Shown piece after piece: positions 23,777-37,526 of a DNA stretch of 64,000 nucleotides. Each line of letters starts with the position of its first letter. The stretch's first letter is position 1. The notes beneath the pieces were generated by a model. That model did no database searches. It saw only the letters and a list, made by a program, of their open reading frames with translations, and was not told where the DNA came from. The DNA is from Amoebophrya sp. A120 (taxonomy: Eukaryota > Protista > Dinoflagellata): NCBI GenBank assembly GCA_905178155.1, contig CAJINV010000001.1, positions 1,228,606 to 1,292,605 on the forward strand, in the 5' to 3' direction. The translations under genes and the position numbers were made by a program.

Positions 23777-24838
23777 ATGGCTTTCGTAAATCCCCGAGTG
23801 TGGCTCGACGTCAGTGGCGCGGGGCGAAACCTCGGGCGGCTGGAAATCGAGCTCTTTCACGACGTGCTTCCAATCACGAGCGAGAACTTTCGCGCCCTGT
23901 GCACGGGGGAGACGGGTCTGGGGTACTGGATGAAACCCCGGTGGTACAAGGGCACCCGGTTCCACCGCGTAATTCCCGGCTTCATGGCGCAGGGCGGTGA
24001 CTTCAATTACGGTAACGGCGAGATGGGGGAGAGCATCTACGGCAAAACGTTTCGGGACGAGAATTTTCTCTTCAAGCACTCGCGGCGGGGCTTGGTGTCC
24101 ATGTCCACCTCCCACCGCAAGCACACGAACAACTCGCAATTTTTCTTTTCTTTCAACCCGCTCCCCCACTTGGACGGCAAGCACGTGGTGTTTGGCCAAG
24201 TCGTGAACCTGGACGCGCAGTACGAAGCGCACCGGGCGCGCGCGGTGGACCGGTTCGGCACGCATCCGCTGCAGGTGGCAAACGTACTCGGGGCAGCGGC
24301 GGACAGCTACGCAGCGGCGAAGGTAAGAGCAAGGCTTCTAAGGGCAAAAGATAAAACTACATCGGAAGATGATCATTCTGGTGCTAATATTCTTCATCCG
24401 CGGGAAGGGGAGCAACAGCAAGGCGACGAGGGAAGAGGACTGATGCAAGGTGACGACGGTGATGGTACCTCCCCCGGTGGAGAAATACATACAGATGAAT
24501 CAGAAGCCAGAGAATCCACGACCTCTACAACAACTACATCGAGAAACAAAGATTATCCTACGCAGGAGTCCCGGCAGCGACCAAAGCACTTCAGCGGCAT
24601 TGACAGGCAAGGCAGCTATGTGCTGGACGCAATGGAGCGGATGGGCAGCGAGGGGGGCTTCGTGCGATATCCGGTCGAAGTGTGGAACTGCGGCGAATAC
24701 GACCGCGTTCGGGATCGCGAGCGTTTTGTCCGACAAGTACAAAGGCCAGCAAACATGGACTTCCGCATTGACTCCTACAGCCCGATACCTGCGGAAGTCT
24801 GGAAACGAGCACGGCAGGTCGTTTCGCCGATTCGATAA
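23777..24838 (+). CDS. Cyclophilin-type peptidyl-prolyl isomerase with a large insertion
   Basis: ENFRALCTGE, FHRVIPGFMAQGGDF, FRDENF, NNSQFF and HLDGKHVVFGQV motifs. Confidence 0.95.
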   Translation: MAFVNPRVWLDVSGAGRNLGRLEIELFHDVLPITSENFRALCTGETGLGYWMKPRWYKGTRFHRVIPGFMAQGGDFNYGNGEMGESIYGKTFRDENFLFKHSRRGLVSMSTSHRKHTNNSQFFFSFNPLPHLDGKHVVFGQVVNLDAQYEAHRARAVDRFGTHPLQVANVLGAAADSYAAAKVRARLLRAKDKTTSEDDHSGANILHPREGEQQQGDEGRGLMQGDDGDGTSPGGEIHTDESEARESTTSTTTTSRNKDYPTQESRQRPKHFSGIDRQGSYVLDAMERMGSEGGFVRYPVEVWNCGEYDRVRDRERFVRQVQRPANMDFRIDSYSPIPAEVWKRARQVVSPIR

Positions 24839-25514
24839 TAAAGCGATTTGATTCAGAATGTTGTTGCCCAGCACTAGATGGTTGTGTTGTTGTTTTTCTG
24901 GTTGAGAAGTAGAAGTTGTCAAAGCGAGCCCTTGAGCTGTGATGAGTTGCTGTCAAGTATTCATCATGGCAAGAAATACTTAAGCCAACGCCGCTAGGGG
25001 AGGCCGAGGGGAAGAGGAAGCTGAGATTTTTTTGCACGAAAGCGAAGCCCAAACATGCTGTTTATTCTGGAATGGGTAGAAATCATGAAAACCTGAACAT
25101 ACTCATCACGAGCGCGAACTTTTCTTCACCTTCCATTTTTGTCTCGGCAAAAGTAAATTTTGAATCCTCACCGAAATTCTCTCAACCTCTCTAGAAGTTT
25201 TTTTGAACAGAACTCATGTCTCCACTGGTTGCCGACAAGGATACTTCTAGACGGAGATACTAACCGGCACGAACTCTGTGAAGAAGTTTACAGCGAAATA
25301 ACAAAGCCGACGACTGGTGGCTTGTTGGTCGTCGAATACGACCTTCGGGTTCTTTGAAATTTTGTTTTCAAAAAGTCGTCTCCCAGTCCCAGTCAGGTCG
25401 GATCTGCACTTGAGGGCTAAAAATAACACGATTTCGTCCTCGTCGTCGTCGTTTCTAAGGAAAAAAAAACACGGGGAAAAAATAAAACCGCCTTTATCAT
25501 TTTCCAACGTCGTC

Positions 25515-28500
25515 ATGAAAAAGAGCAGCACTGCTTTCGTGGGTTTAGATGGAATCGTGAAACAGCAGCGCAGTATTAGCATTCCCGAGGAGCAGACAGC
25601 AGCTTCACCTCCGGATTTGCAGCTCCATCTCCCCGAACTCGGCGGCCCGCAGAGGAACAATGCCGCTTTCCTCCATAATTCGCGCAAGTGTGTCACGGAC
25701 GAGGAGCCGATCGAAGGGAGTAGTAACAGCTCCTCCAGTACGAGTACTAGAAGGACCAAGACCTACCTGCAGACCCCTTTGTTGCAGAAGAAGCAGCACC
25801 TGAGCGCGCCCGGCGACCTCTGGCGGTTGGGCAATTTGAACAACGCGGAGCGGCTGTTCCGGGTGGAGTCCAAACTTCTTTTTCGGTCCCCCACCTCGAG
25901 AAAACGGGCGAGCTACAGCTCCAGCTGCGGAGTTCAGCAGCCGCACAGCTACCCGCGGTCCGCTATCCTATGTGAAAACATCCCCACCCCAGAGTTGTCA
26001 TGCAGATTTGCAATGACAAGAAGAAGAACATTTGTGATGCGCATCCCGATGATAGGCATTTTCCTTTGTGTTTTGGAATTTGTAATGCTGTAAACGGGAT
26101 GCCTATCTCGATTTGTAATGCGGATGTCTTTGCTAACCTTACCTGAACTACACTACGGGCTGCAGCTTGTCATGCGTGGCGTCCAAAACTCCTGAATGTG
26201 TGTTGCAGAGATCCCAACTTAGCTATGGGGTGGAGACATTTTTGCACAGGATATCCGCAAACCAGATGAGCCGGTCCGACACGGGCTTCATGACGGCGCT
26301 GGTCGGCACCGCGGCGCTGTCCAGCTGCATCTACGGCTTGGTGCTGGCCGCAACCAACGCCTCAGTGAACTTTATCCACCTGGATTTCGAAACCTGCGGC
26401 ACGGCCCCGGACCCCGCGCCACCGCCAAACAGCACCTATTTGGGGGAGAGTCAGGCGCTGATGTCATCTTCAGCGGCTGTTGCTAGTAGACTCGGTCTGG
26501 CGGGAACAGGAAGGTCTTTGCTCGATATTGACCTGGCGGAACCGGAAAAAGAAGGGTTTTCAGCAGATAATTTATTTTCCGGCCAAGTAGATCCGGCAGC
26601 GAAGATAAAAACTAGTGCACTTCTTCTTTTCGCAACAGCACGACCATCAGAAGCGGAAAAATCACCAGCAGAAGAAAGTTCTTTCTGGTCTTCTTTTCAC
26701 CCGATCTCTCTCTTCGAGGCAGCAGTGAATCAAGTCTCCTCGCAGTTTGACGAGAGATCTTTTCCGGAGTCCGACCCGGAACAGGCGGAGGCGGACCGAG
26801 CGGCAAAAATAGAGCAAATCAAGAAGGCCGGAATAACAGTTGTGGCACCTGGCCAGGGGTCGGGCAAATCAGAAGAAACATCTTTAGCAGAAACTAGCGA
26901 AAAAGAAAAATCATCTTCTACCGCAGCAAAAGACGACGATGATCTACCGCTGGTTGAAACCCGGGCGGAGGAAGACGCGCCACCGAGCGTCCCCGGGTCC
27001 TCGCAAAACATTGCCTCGAAGCACCGCGCGTCCGCGCAGACACTGCATGCGTTGCTGGACAAAAGCGAAAATCTGCACTTCAACTGCCCCCGGCAGACCT
27101 TCATACAGCAGGTCTCCGTCGCCGCGGTCTTACTAGGTGCGGGAGCCGGCTCGTTATTGGGGGGTCCCTACGCGGACCGGGTGGGGATATTGAAAGGAAA
27201 GACTCCCCCTCCCGATATCAAAAAGGCACGCTTCCGAAAATTTGTGTTGCTGATTTGAGGTAACAAATGACATCTGTCTTGCGAGGAGACAAGGGCAGAA
27301 GTTTCGCCCCCATTATGGAAGCGATTTGTCATGCTGGTGGGCCTAAAGGCGAGCCATTTGCCATGCTGAACAACTAGACCGATACGCCCCCACCTACCCT
27401 GGGGATCTGGCCGCAATGCCTTTCGGCAATACAAAGCTGATTTGTGCGCACAAATCCAGCAACAGAAGTTTCCGCTTCGATATGGGGAGGGGGGATTTTT
27501 CCTTTCGATAGGGGAGGAGAGGATCCATGCTCAGACTCAATTGCCTGGCGGTGGTTGTCTTCCTCGCGTGCGCGTTCTCGCAAGGTAAAGTAAGATGAGG
27601 CAGCTTCGATAAAAAGTTGGGTGCTATGAATCATTCGGTTCTTGTAATGTATTGCATTCCCTTGCTTCTGTTCTGGTTGATGAAATTAAAATTTCCATAC
27701 GCATGTGCTCTGTTTAGCCTAGTGAAAAATTTCCGCGAAATGAATAAGGTTGGTATACTTTCATCGGAGCTCGATTTTTCGCGGGTTTGACGATTGGTGC
27801 AGTCAGCGTCGCAGTTCCGATGTACATTGCAGAAGTGTGTCCAGACGAACTTCGAGGAAAATTCGGAGTCGCGCACCAGCTGCTGATTACAATAGGTATG
27901 GTCGTATCAATCGTGGTTTCTTATTGGCACTGGATGTGCATGGATTTGCAAAAAATTTTACATCACTTCTTACAATTGATTCTTTCAGACCACCATACTT
28001 CGTGAAGATCTCTCTGTTATTTCGAAACACAAGGTATTATGGTCTCCGACGCGCTGGGTCTGGTGCAGTCCCAGGACATAGATTTCGCCATGCCGCTGAT
28101 TTCCCGCTCGCAAATCACCCACGTGGACAAGTACTGGTGGCGTGTGATGCTGGGCTTTGCCTGTTTACCCTCTTTAATGAGCATCATTCTCTGGGGCTTC
28201 CTGTTGCGAAAGTACGAGTCTCCGGTGTGGCTCGTTAGGTCGGGAAAGCGGGAAGAAGCGACCACCGTGATGAAGTCTCTGATGCCAAAGGCGAGTAAAA
28301 GTTCCGTCGACCAGGCCGTGGACACGATACAGGTCTTGCAGTCGAGCTCCGGGGAAACCAAGTCGTTCTGGTGGGCGTTGCAGGTACTATGCCGATGACA
28401 TTAGATATGCATCTATATTTGATGTTTTTCGTTTTGAAGACTGCAGAAAGCAACCGCGATTCGAAGTAGACGAATCTCGAACGGAAAGTAAAAACGGTTT

Positions 28501-29575
28501 TTTTTTTTTGCAGCACACTAACAAACTCAAATCCATCTCACACCCAGTCTCGCTACTACCGCGTCGGGGCTATAATAGGGTGCATTTTGTCCGCGTGCCA
28601 GCAGACGTCCGGAATCAATGTAATGATCACGCAGTCAACCACCGTCTTTCTTCAAGTCGCAAACTACCGCTACGCAACTTTGCTCACCACTCTAACCGGT
28701 AAAAAAATGAATGTGCCAGCAACTTGTATCTTTGACAAGAACTGCTCTATTTCTTTGTTATCGTGTCTATGTCCTGCTACTGTAGCTGTAGGCAGCTGCA
28801 GACGCAGAGGCGGCTTCTCGTAGTTGCACTCGACTCTTATTGGTCTTACGTCCTTTGCACGCGTGAAAATCCAACATTTCCAGGCGTCCTGAACGTCGTT
28901 GTTACCCTTGCGACCATACCGATGATAGAAAGGCTCGGGCGGAGAAACCTCCTGCTAATATCCGGTGTCGGTACTACTCTCAGCATGGGAACCTGTCTGC
29001 TCTCCGTCGTTTTCAAGTATTAATTGCATTTTTGATTTATGCTTGGTTAACAAGAATACGCCCGGAATTTAGTACTTCGAAGCTGATGTTTTTCCCCGTT
29101 TTGCATGGGTCGTTCCGAACAGAATAAAAGGCAAACGGTGAAACTGCGTACTAGATTTTTTGCACAGAAAATCATGAACCTCTGATATGACCATCACAGA
29201 TTTTCCGTCGGCATCGTTGTTCCGGTGATGATCATGTGCTTTATCATGTCCTTCGCGGTGGGTTGGGGTCCGGTCGTGTGGATTTACCTGTCCGACATTT
29301 ATCCGGCGGAGATCAAGGGCAGCTGCTTCGCCCACGCGATCATGGTCAACTGGTTTGCGTGCGCGGTAGTGGTGTTCGGCATCGGCAACTTTCTGTCCAA
29401 CAACGTCGTCACCTACTCGACCTTCACCATTCTCAACATCCTCGGGTTACTGTTCATCACACGGTACGTTGTGGAGACGAAGGGGAGCAGCGTGGAGGAT
29501 TCGCCAATCTACCAGGGCCGGGAAAGAGATCCGCCGGAAGTGCAGCAGCGCCCGCCGGTGTTGAATCAGGCTTGA
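25515..29575 (+). CDS. MFS sugar porter (hexose transporter-like)
   Basis: DRVGRR (rebuilt across the introner), PMYIAE, ESPVWL, QQTSGIN, ERLGRR, GWGPVVW and VETKG motifs. Two introners plus several GT-AG introns; start codon uncertain. Confidence 0.9.
25964..26253. mobile_element. TIR introner, family C
   Basis: Family C TIRs; TSD tccgc/tccgc; joins the frames of ORFs 25317 and 26167. Confidence 0.9.
27188..27510. mobile_element. TIR introner, family A
   Basis: TSD gggga/gggga; splits the MFS DRxGRR motif. Confidence 0.94.
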
Positions 29576-31218
29576 GCATTTTTAGTTGGGAGCCTGGTTC
29601 TTGCAAGACGGGACCGCGTGAGTAAGGTAGAATTGCAAGAAAGTGAAATTTTAGAAACAATCAAAACCGAATCTCGAAATCTCAATATGGAAACAATCAA
29701 AACTAAGACTGATTATGAAGACAACTTTGAAATAAATCTAAATCTCCTGAGAGCTTTAGGAGTAAGTAAACAAACTAAGAACAGGTCACTTTTAATGTGA
29801 GTTTTTGAGACGAATTACTTCCCACTCGTTGCTGCGAAGATGCTCTTCATACTAGAAACATATTTCGATTTGTCGTGCCACACCCCTTGTTCAGCAGGAC
29901 AACAAGGCTATCTTTGCAAAGCACCACGCGGAGCTATCCACGACCTGTACACGACAATTACATCCGCACGAAGATCTTCCCACGTAAATTTTTTTTGCCT
30001 GCCTACGACCATTACTTTTCTTTTTCCTGCAAGTGCTCCCATGCTAGATTAGCTCTTGCACCTGCTGCGCTCCTCCTTTTCCGGTAAGTATTTTGTTTTC
30101 CTGCACCGATGATTTTTTTCTGTTGCTGTCGTGCTAGCTTACTGAACAGGCGGAAGGGGTAGTACTCTTTCACGAGTTTTTCTTCTTTTTTGCTGCTGTT
30201 GCGATCGGGCTTGAAACTCGGAGGTTTTTCAATTCGTGATTACTATGAACACAGTTACTCTACGTACCTCGTGAATTTGCATTTTTCTCGCTGAGCGATG
30301 TGTAGAGCCTGAAACTCTGTGAATCTTGCTAGTGGCAAGGCTTATGCATTGTTTCTCGATCGGCCTGGGCTTAGGACATTCAGCTGCTCGCGTACTTTCG
30401 CACCTGAAGCCGTTCTGTTTGGTCCTGAACTACTTATCACGTGGTCGTAGAACTACGATTATTTTCCGTTTGTAGATCAGGATCCCTTTTCGAGTGCGCT
30501 AGTCGAATTTCTGGGAACAGCCGCCGTTCGTCGTGAAGGTTTTTCTAGTTCGAACCCAGTGGTGATGTGTGCCGCTCAGTATGATCGTCGTCGCGGGTAT
30601 CAACAAATTTCCATGTGCAGGCAAATGTGTCAACCATGAAACGTGAACAACAAGATTTTTTCTGAAGCTCACTGTGGCTGTTTTGAAACCATGGGCGCAA
30701 AGATTTGTACGACCATAATGTTACTCACACACGTAATCAATTATGTTGTTGCAGAAATACAAAGCTCAAGCTGTTCGTCGAAAGAGAGTGTAGACGTCGT
30801 CGTCTCGTTGTGCGTGGGTTTTCGGATGTATGAGAGTTGTTGTCGGGTGGAAAAATACAAATACTGCCTACAGTACTAGACGTCGAAATCAACAGAGGGC
30901 AGCATGGAAGATGCGAGCAAGTCGTTTTGTCCTCTACCAAAACACCTTCGGATCTTTCACACCCAAGATTTCACCTGAAATTATTTTTTCCGTACTTGTC
31001 CCTCTAGTGAAGAAGTAACTTTTTTTTGGGTTATATATAATTTGCACGAGAGGCGACACTGACTTGCTCGTCTCGGGCGGAAGGAGTTTAGAGTATAGGA
31101 CCTCTAGAGTGCTGCAAGTGCTGCTTTGAGAAGTAGTAGAAAAGACCACTACAGCACACAAAAATCCCCTCGTTCGTGTCCTTTTATGCGGCACCGTGCC
31201 AGAGAGGAAGAAGATCTA

Positions 31219-33285
31219 ATGTCGTCCGGTTCCAAGAGCTCAGATTCCAGCGCCGGCGGCGGTGATCGCGCCAGCAAGTACTCACACGGCTACCAGGCGA
31301 CCAGCGCAGTGCAAAGGTATCTATCAAGTGATGGGACATAATGATGTCTTGATATGGCCCTCGTACGACCACCCGTGATTCTATTCATGTTTCAAATATA
31401 TACATGGCGAACTTGTTCATCTTTTTCTCAACATTCGGCATAAAAAACTCAATGCGAACTCATTGTCACAGAGCAACCTCGAGTCATCACGTGGACCACC
31501 GAAACAAGGGGAACGAGGAGCCGGACGCCAGTGTGTCGGAAGACGACCTCGGGGGCGGCAGCGGCATGAGTTTCACGAAGCAACAGAGCAACAGCGGGCA
31601 CGTGTCGGACGTTCCCACGCGGCCACCTAGTAGTTTATCAAATGCAAAAATGTGTGGGTCTGCAAACTTGTGATGCTGGTTGGCGAATCCTGAGGACGCC
31701 ACAAGTGACGGCTCAGCATGACAAGTTTCTGAGCTTCTAAGTGTTGCCTATTCTGCATGAAAAACTGCGTTTCTGCATCACGATGACGCCGTGAGGACGA
31801 CCACAGGGGGTCTGTCTCCAAGAAGAAGAAGATCACAGAAAAACGGAGCTCTTGGGTAACGTGCATGACAGATTTAAGAGTCATGACAGACAAGCATGAC
31901 AAACATGCACTCTTCCAGACCCAGACATTTCTGCATTTGATATAGTTCCTCGTCCGGCAACGTAAGTTCGGCCTCCAGCATATCCTGAGTAAAAACGTAC
32001 CCACACCAGAGTTGTAATGCAGATTTGCAAAGACAGGAAGACTTGTAATGCGCATCCCCATGAGAGCCATTTCCAATCGTGTTTTGGAATTTGTGATGCT
32101 GTGAACAGGATGAGCAGCTGGATTTGTGATGCGGCTGCACTTGCTAACCTGCACTACACTGCAGAGTGCAACTTGTCATGCGTGACTCACAAAACTCCTA
32201 GGTTTGTGTTGCAAAATCCTCATCCTAACTCTGGTGTGGGTACGTTTTTACTCAGGATACAGCAGCGAGACCGCGACCGAGGATTTGTACAAGAAAAGTA
32301 GAAACAACCACCTCCGCAGGGAACTCGAGGACGACCCCGGGCTGGAAACCGTGCGGTTCGCGCAAAAAATCTGCCTGCTGCTCATCTTCATCTTTGTCGT
32401 CATGTTTAAGGTCTCGCAGATGTTCGGCTTCGCAATGACAGGGTATAATAGCCTATTTGATTTTGATATTTTGCCTTTTTGTCATGCACTTTAAGAAGAG
32501 TAGTTTGAGTTTTTATTTCATCAATTCCTGACAGACAGAATGATGCGTAGTAGTAGTTCTAGCTGTAGATGAAGCTGCTACATTTTGACGTGTTTCGTTT
32601 GTTATGTGTTTGACCCATGTTGGAGGTCATCTGAATTTCCGGGAACACGCAGTTTATATCTCAGTGAAATAGCTCGTGTAGTTGTATTCTACTGCTAAAG
32701 TGCGGTAGCGGCGTTGCGTTTGTCATGTACATGCAGTTACGGTTTGATCATGAAGAAAAGGCAAGAACAGAAGTTCAGCATGACAAGCGTACTAATGGAC
32801 ACACAAGTTGAGCACAGCTACACAATCTTGAATTTGTTCCCAACGATACCGGCGCCTTCCCACCCTGGATCTCCACGGCGTTTATCGGGTTCATGGTCTG
32901 CTTATGGATTGCAAATGTGTCTGGGTCTGGAAGAGTGCGAGACTTGTCATGCAGTTTTTGCCTGACCCAGATCCTCTGGCATGCAAGCCCTAGCATCACA
33001 GATTTCGAGTAGGTATCCCACTGCCTAATCCGCATGAAACGTCCACTCTTTCGGTAACAAGAAGTGGGGCCTTTTCCTGGCGACGCATGACAGATTTTCT
33101 CATGATGTAGGATTCGCATCACAAACTCGTATCCTTCCAGACCCAGACATATTTGCAATGCATACTGCTTGCTGTCCTGGGTCTTCTTCCACATCGGGCG
33201 CGAAATCCTGTCGGGGGAGGTCGACCTCAGCGCGGCGGGCCCGCCACCGGGTTCCACGGAACTGTCACAGATGAAAGTCAAGTGA
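31219..33285 (+). CDS. Hypothetical protein, Ser-rich N-terminus and two predicted TM segments
   Basis: Frame is continuous after removing 3 introners and 2 GT-AG-type introns; ends ...VCLLSWVFFHIGREILSG...MKVK*. Confidence 0.6.
31636..31942. mobile_element. TIR introner, family B
   Basis: TSD tagtt/tagtt; TAT...ATA ends. Confidence 0.92.
31981..32259. mobile_element. TIR introner, family C
   Basis: Near-perfect TIR of about 33 bp; TSD cagca/cagca. Confidence 0.95.
32903..33164. mobile_element. TIR introner, family B
   Basis: TSD ctgct/ctgct; lies within a predicted TM helix. Confidence 0.92.
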
Positions 33286-34718
33286 AGAAGAGAATTCTGA
33301 GGGGATTTTGTATCGACTTCTAAAAGAGGCACTGGAAATTATAAACTTGATTTCTTGATACCGGAAAAATAGACTTGAAACATCAAATGCAAATTATTCG
33401 TCACACGACGTCGACCAAAGTCGTGACTGGGAATATAATTCTGGTCACGATTTCTTGTCACCCGTTTACTATGGTTTATGCAACTACGAGAACCGTTATT
33501 TATCATCACGTTTACACTTTTATAACATCGAAGATGCGTTAATCGTTTCCTAACAACAAAAATAAATGGTCTTGCGCAAGCAAGCGCACGACCACGACCC
33601 GTATCAATATGTAAAAATTGTTTCCAACTCCAACCAAAATAAGTACCACCCGCTCGTCCCCTGAAGTAGGTCTAGTGGAGATCGAGATTTGTTTTACTGT
33701 AAATGCAAAGAAGTAATGTCCTCCGACGTAATTTTTAGTACAGCTACAGCCGAGGCCGACTCTAACTATCAACTGCAACTACGTCTCCAATAGGGGGCAG
33801 CAAGTGCAGAAAGCTTGGAAGGGTTGGCAGACGACGTCCACAGGTCGAGGTTCTTGCAGGCGTGCGCGCGTACTTATATTCTTCGGGAGATACAGATATT
33901 CATCATGCACCGCCGCGCTAGTCGAAGACCAAGATGTCGGGACGAGAAAGAAGTGGGCCGAGACACTTCGTCGACAATGAAACTTTAATCTTCCACCTGT
34001 ACAACCAAAAAGCGCCACTTCGCTTGGAGACAGAAGCTTCAAATGTAGAATAAAAGACTCCAATTAAATGCACGAAAATGATGAAAGCGACCAGAATCGT
34101 CAGATTTGTACCTTTCCTTACCGTCATCCTCCTTGTCCAGTGGCAGAAGTAGGAACACCGCAGGCAGCCTACGGGGGATCTGCTTCTGCTTTTGCACCGC
34201 CTCGTGATCTACTTCCGCGTAGATCTACCGTTCGTGGGCAGAGTGGAGAGTTAGTCGCGCGCCATCATCCCACACTCTCTTTCGTTTTGCGGGAAGCGTA
34301 AGCAATTGCTTTGACGCACATCGTTGTAGGATCTTCGTACAAGGAGCATCATTACAGTGTGTGAAACCATAACAAAAACTCAATATTTACCGTGAGCGAA
34401 GACAACGAACCGCGTGAGTGATGCACATTAGAAGTGCAACGTCGTACCGAATTGCTGAGGGGTCGTGAAGAACAAGGCAGATTTAAGTACTTGCTACACT
34501 TATGCCTCTGATTCGTACTGAGAACTAAATGCTTAGTCTAAACTTCTGGATTACGCAGAAAATTTTGGCTGAAATCACACTAATAGCGCGGGAAATAACA
34601 AGGGTGTTTTTTTTTCTCGTTTCTTTCGTGGACAGCGTGAGACGACCGCTGTTGCACGGGCTTCGCTTGATCAGAAATAAGTTGATGGTACAGTAGTAGC
34701 GTAAAAAAACAAGACAAG

Positions 34719-35951
34719 ATGCTGATAAAGTATAACACGCCGATCCTCATCTCCACCTCCGGTGGGAAGGGGGGAAAAAAGGAGGTGCCGACCATGTCAC
34801 AGACAGAGGACATTCTCAATTCGATCCTGCCACCAAGAGAATGGATTCAAGATGACCAACTTTGGGTACATAGTTAGATTACTTACTATGTAGGGTAATG
34901 ATGAGTCGCAGCTGTTTGTTTGTCATTCAGTACCCTATTGCGGCGCATTCGTTCTGTTATATGGACAATTACAGTGATGCGAGAGGCGTGCGAGAAAGGG
35001 AAAGCAAAGCAGAAGTACTTGCAGGGACGACGACACAATGGTTGAAAATACAGAAAAATCTCATTTCTTCAGGTACAATACGTAGCGTCAATTCCGGCTA
35101 CGCGAGCAGACGTGGTGAACCTGCAGAAGAACCTCGACAAGGCACTGCAGAGCCGACAGGCAAGGGAAACAGGGATCTGCCCCATCCGAGAGGAGCTCTA
35201 CGCACAGACATTCGACGAACTCATCCGACAATGCACCATCATCTGTGCCGAGCGAGGTAAATAGTTACGGGATTTTCTGACACTCAATGTGTTGAAAATT
35301 GATCATTGCAGTGTCTGGTGGCAGAATCTTCGATCACTGTAGAAGTGTTTGTTGTGTTGTAGGGTCAGCATCACCGGTCGCCGGTGTGAAAATCGATGAG
35401 CATGATTTGTATGCCACACACCTTTGTCCTAAATCGACCAGGTCTGCTCCTTCTGCGAGTGCGGGACGAGATTAGAATGACGATCTGCGCGTACCAAACC
35501 CTCTACGAGTCGTCCATTGCGTTCGGCATGCGAAAGGCGCTGATGGCCGAGCAGAGGAGGAACAGCCAGAACAAAAAGCTGAAGGCCTTGACCAACAGTT
35601 GTGCAGAGTTGGAGCAGGACGTATTTGATAGTTTTTTTGCAGCGCATCATGTTCCTGATCATCATTCAAGTTCTAGACGTGTTGATGGTCGTCCTCCTTC
35701 TCGTGTACTATACAAAGGCATGATGATAAGCAGGTTTAGGATGGATCGAAAAACAAAAAACAATGATCTGTAAAATGTATCAATTTCAGGTGGTCGATTT
35801 GAAGCAGCAGATTCTGAACATTGAATCCAGAGAGAAGACGCGGCGGGAAACCGAGTCGGCCAAGCACGCAGAGGAGACGGATGGTCTGCGCCGGCAGAAT
35901 GCCGCCTGGAAGGAGCAGCTGGAGTCGCTGCTGAGTGCACCGAGGAAGTGA
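34719..35951 (+). CDS. DNALI1: Axonemal inner-arm dynein light intermediate chain p28
   Basis: TEDILNSILPPREW, RQARETGICPIREELY, FDELIRQ, ERGLLLLRVRDE and AYQTLYESSIAFGMRKAL; three GT-AG introns. Confidence 0.95.
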
Positions 35952-36365
35952 GTGTCCTCGCCGGGGAAGAACGAGGAAAAGTGGGTGAAATTCGAAAAAT
36001 TTCGAGAACAGCAGCAGCTTCCAACAGTAACAGTTACAGTTTAACAAGAAAAATCAGCAGGAGTGCAAGAGAAGAAAGTAGTCGAGGGTAGTAGCTTCTC
36101 GATACAAGAAAAAACCTTATTTGACGTTATCAGACTTCTATACCGACACCGAGACTAAAACCTTATCCAATTTAACAGTTTAACAGCTTAGAAACCTTAA
36201 ATCGTTTGTGCTTAATCGTTATACGTGAGAACACCGCCCGGAAGATGTGAATTGTCTATACCAGAAAGTGTTGTAGTTAGAACTACAGGTGGAGTAGTTT
36301 TATGCCAAGAACTTAAAACGAAATTTTAGCGACAAGAATACTGGAAGATAGCGGTACTAGGATAC

Positions 36366-36606
36366 TATCAAATGTAAAAATGTCTGGGTCTGGAAACTTG
36401 TGATGCCGTGCGGCATATCATGAGTTGCTGGCTCAGCATGACAAGTTTCTGAGCTTCTAGGTGTTGCCTATTCTGCATGACAAACTACGTTTCTGCATGA
36501 CAGAAAAGTGGGGCTCTTTTGTAATGTGCATGACAGATTTAAGAGTCATGCCAGACAAGCATGACAAACTTGCATTCTTCCAGACCCAGACATTTTTACA
36601 TTTCAT
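36366..36606. mobile_element. Family B element lacking the terminal A of the right TIR; no clear host gene
   Basis: gatac|TATCAAATGTAAAAATGTCTGGG...CCCAGACATTTTTACATTTCAT|gatac; internally similar to 31636-31942. Confidence 0.85.
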
Positions 36607-37526
36607 GATACGAAAACCCGGTACGACGAGGTGTACCGTCTGTCGAGATCCAGTACGCGGAACAGTCGGGGGCTGCGGGCGCGGGCACAGAAGGTAGAAC
36701 AAGCATGGTCGGTTCTCGGGGCTTCTTCCCTCTTGAAAAAAACCGATCTTGCTTCTTGTTCTGCTGAGAAGGTAATAAGACCACCAAATTGTATAAATGC
36801 TATAGTAGGTGGACCGCCGCGACTCAGTCCTCGATGAGGAAGAACTTTATGGCAGCAGCAGGAAGAACTGATAATTATCCTCAATATCCTTGAGCTTGTT
36901 TGCCATTTGAAACTTCTTTCAGGGTGGTCGCGCGATTTATTTTGGCACTACCGGAGCAACATCGCTGAAGTGCAGGCTCAGGTTCAGTAGTTGCGCCACC
37001 GTTATTTGTTTATGCGTTCTCATTCGTTGTCTCCGTGAGCGTACTAGAAGGACGCATTATACATGTGCCAGTCTAGTGGGTCGTGCTCGTACAAGATGAC
37101 AGAAACGTCCTACATCGTACACTAAGAACTTGTCCCGAGAGAGACGCACTCTTCGTACACCAGAAGCGTTGATGAAAAATTGAGTGACGTACAAATAAAG
37201 CGGGAGTGTGCTTACTCATGATGTCCTTGCGTATTTTTAGGGGTCGTACAACATCACATCTTCGTCCTTGAACTCTCGTTCGTCCACCTTAGCTCCTGCG
37301 CATCACCGCAGACACGTTTCACTACTCTTCAAGAGACAAATGAAGACATCAAGCTCCAAAAACAATATATTTTCATCAAAATCAACCCACAGTAGCAGCA
37401 ACACACACGACTCTTTCTTCTCGGAAGAAAAGAAACTCGTTTCCTCAGCTAAAGGACTGAAGCTCAGTAAACTCAAAAAGGAGTCATTTTGTGAATTTAT
37501 CAAATTCGCAAAAAAAAACCCAAAAA

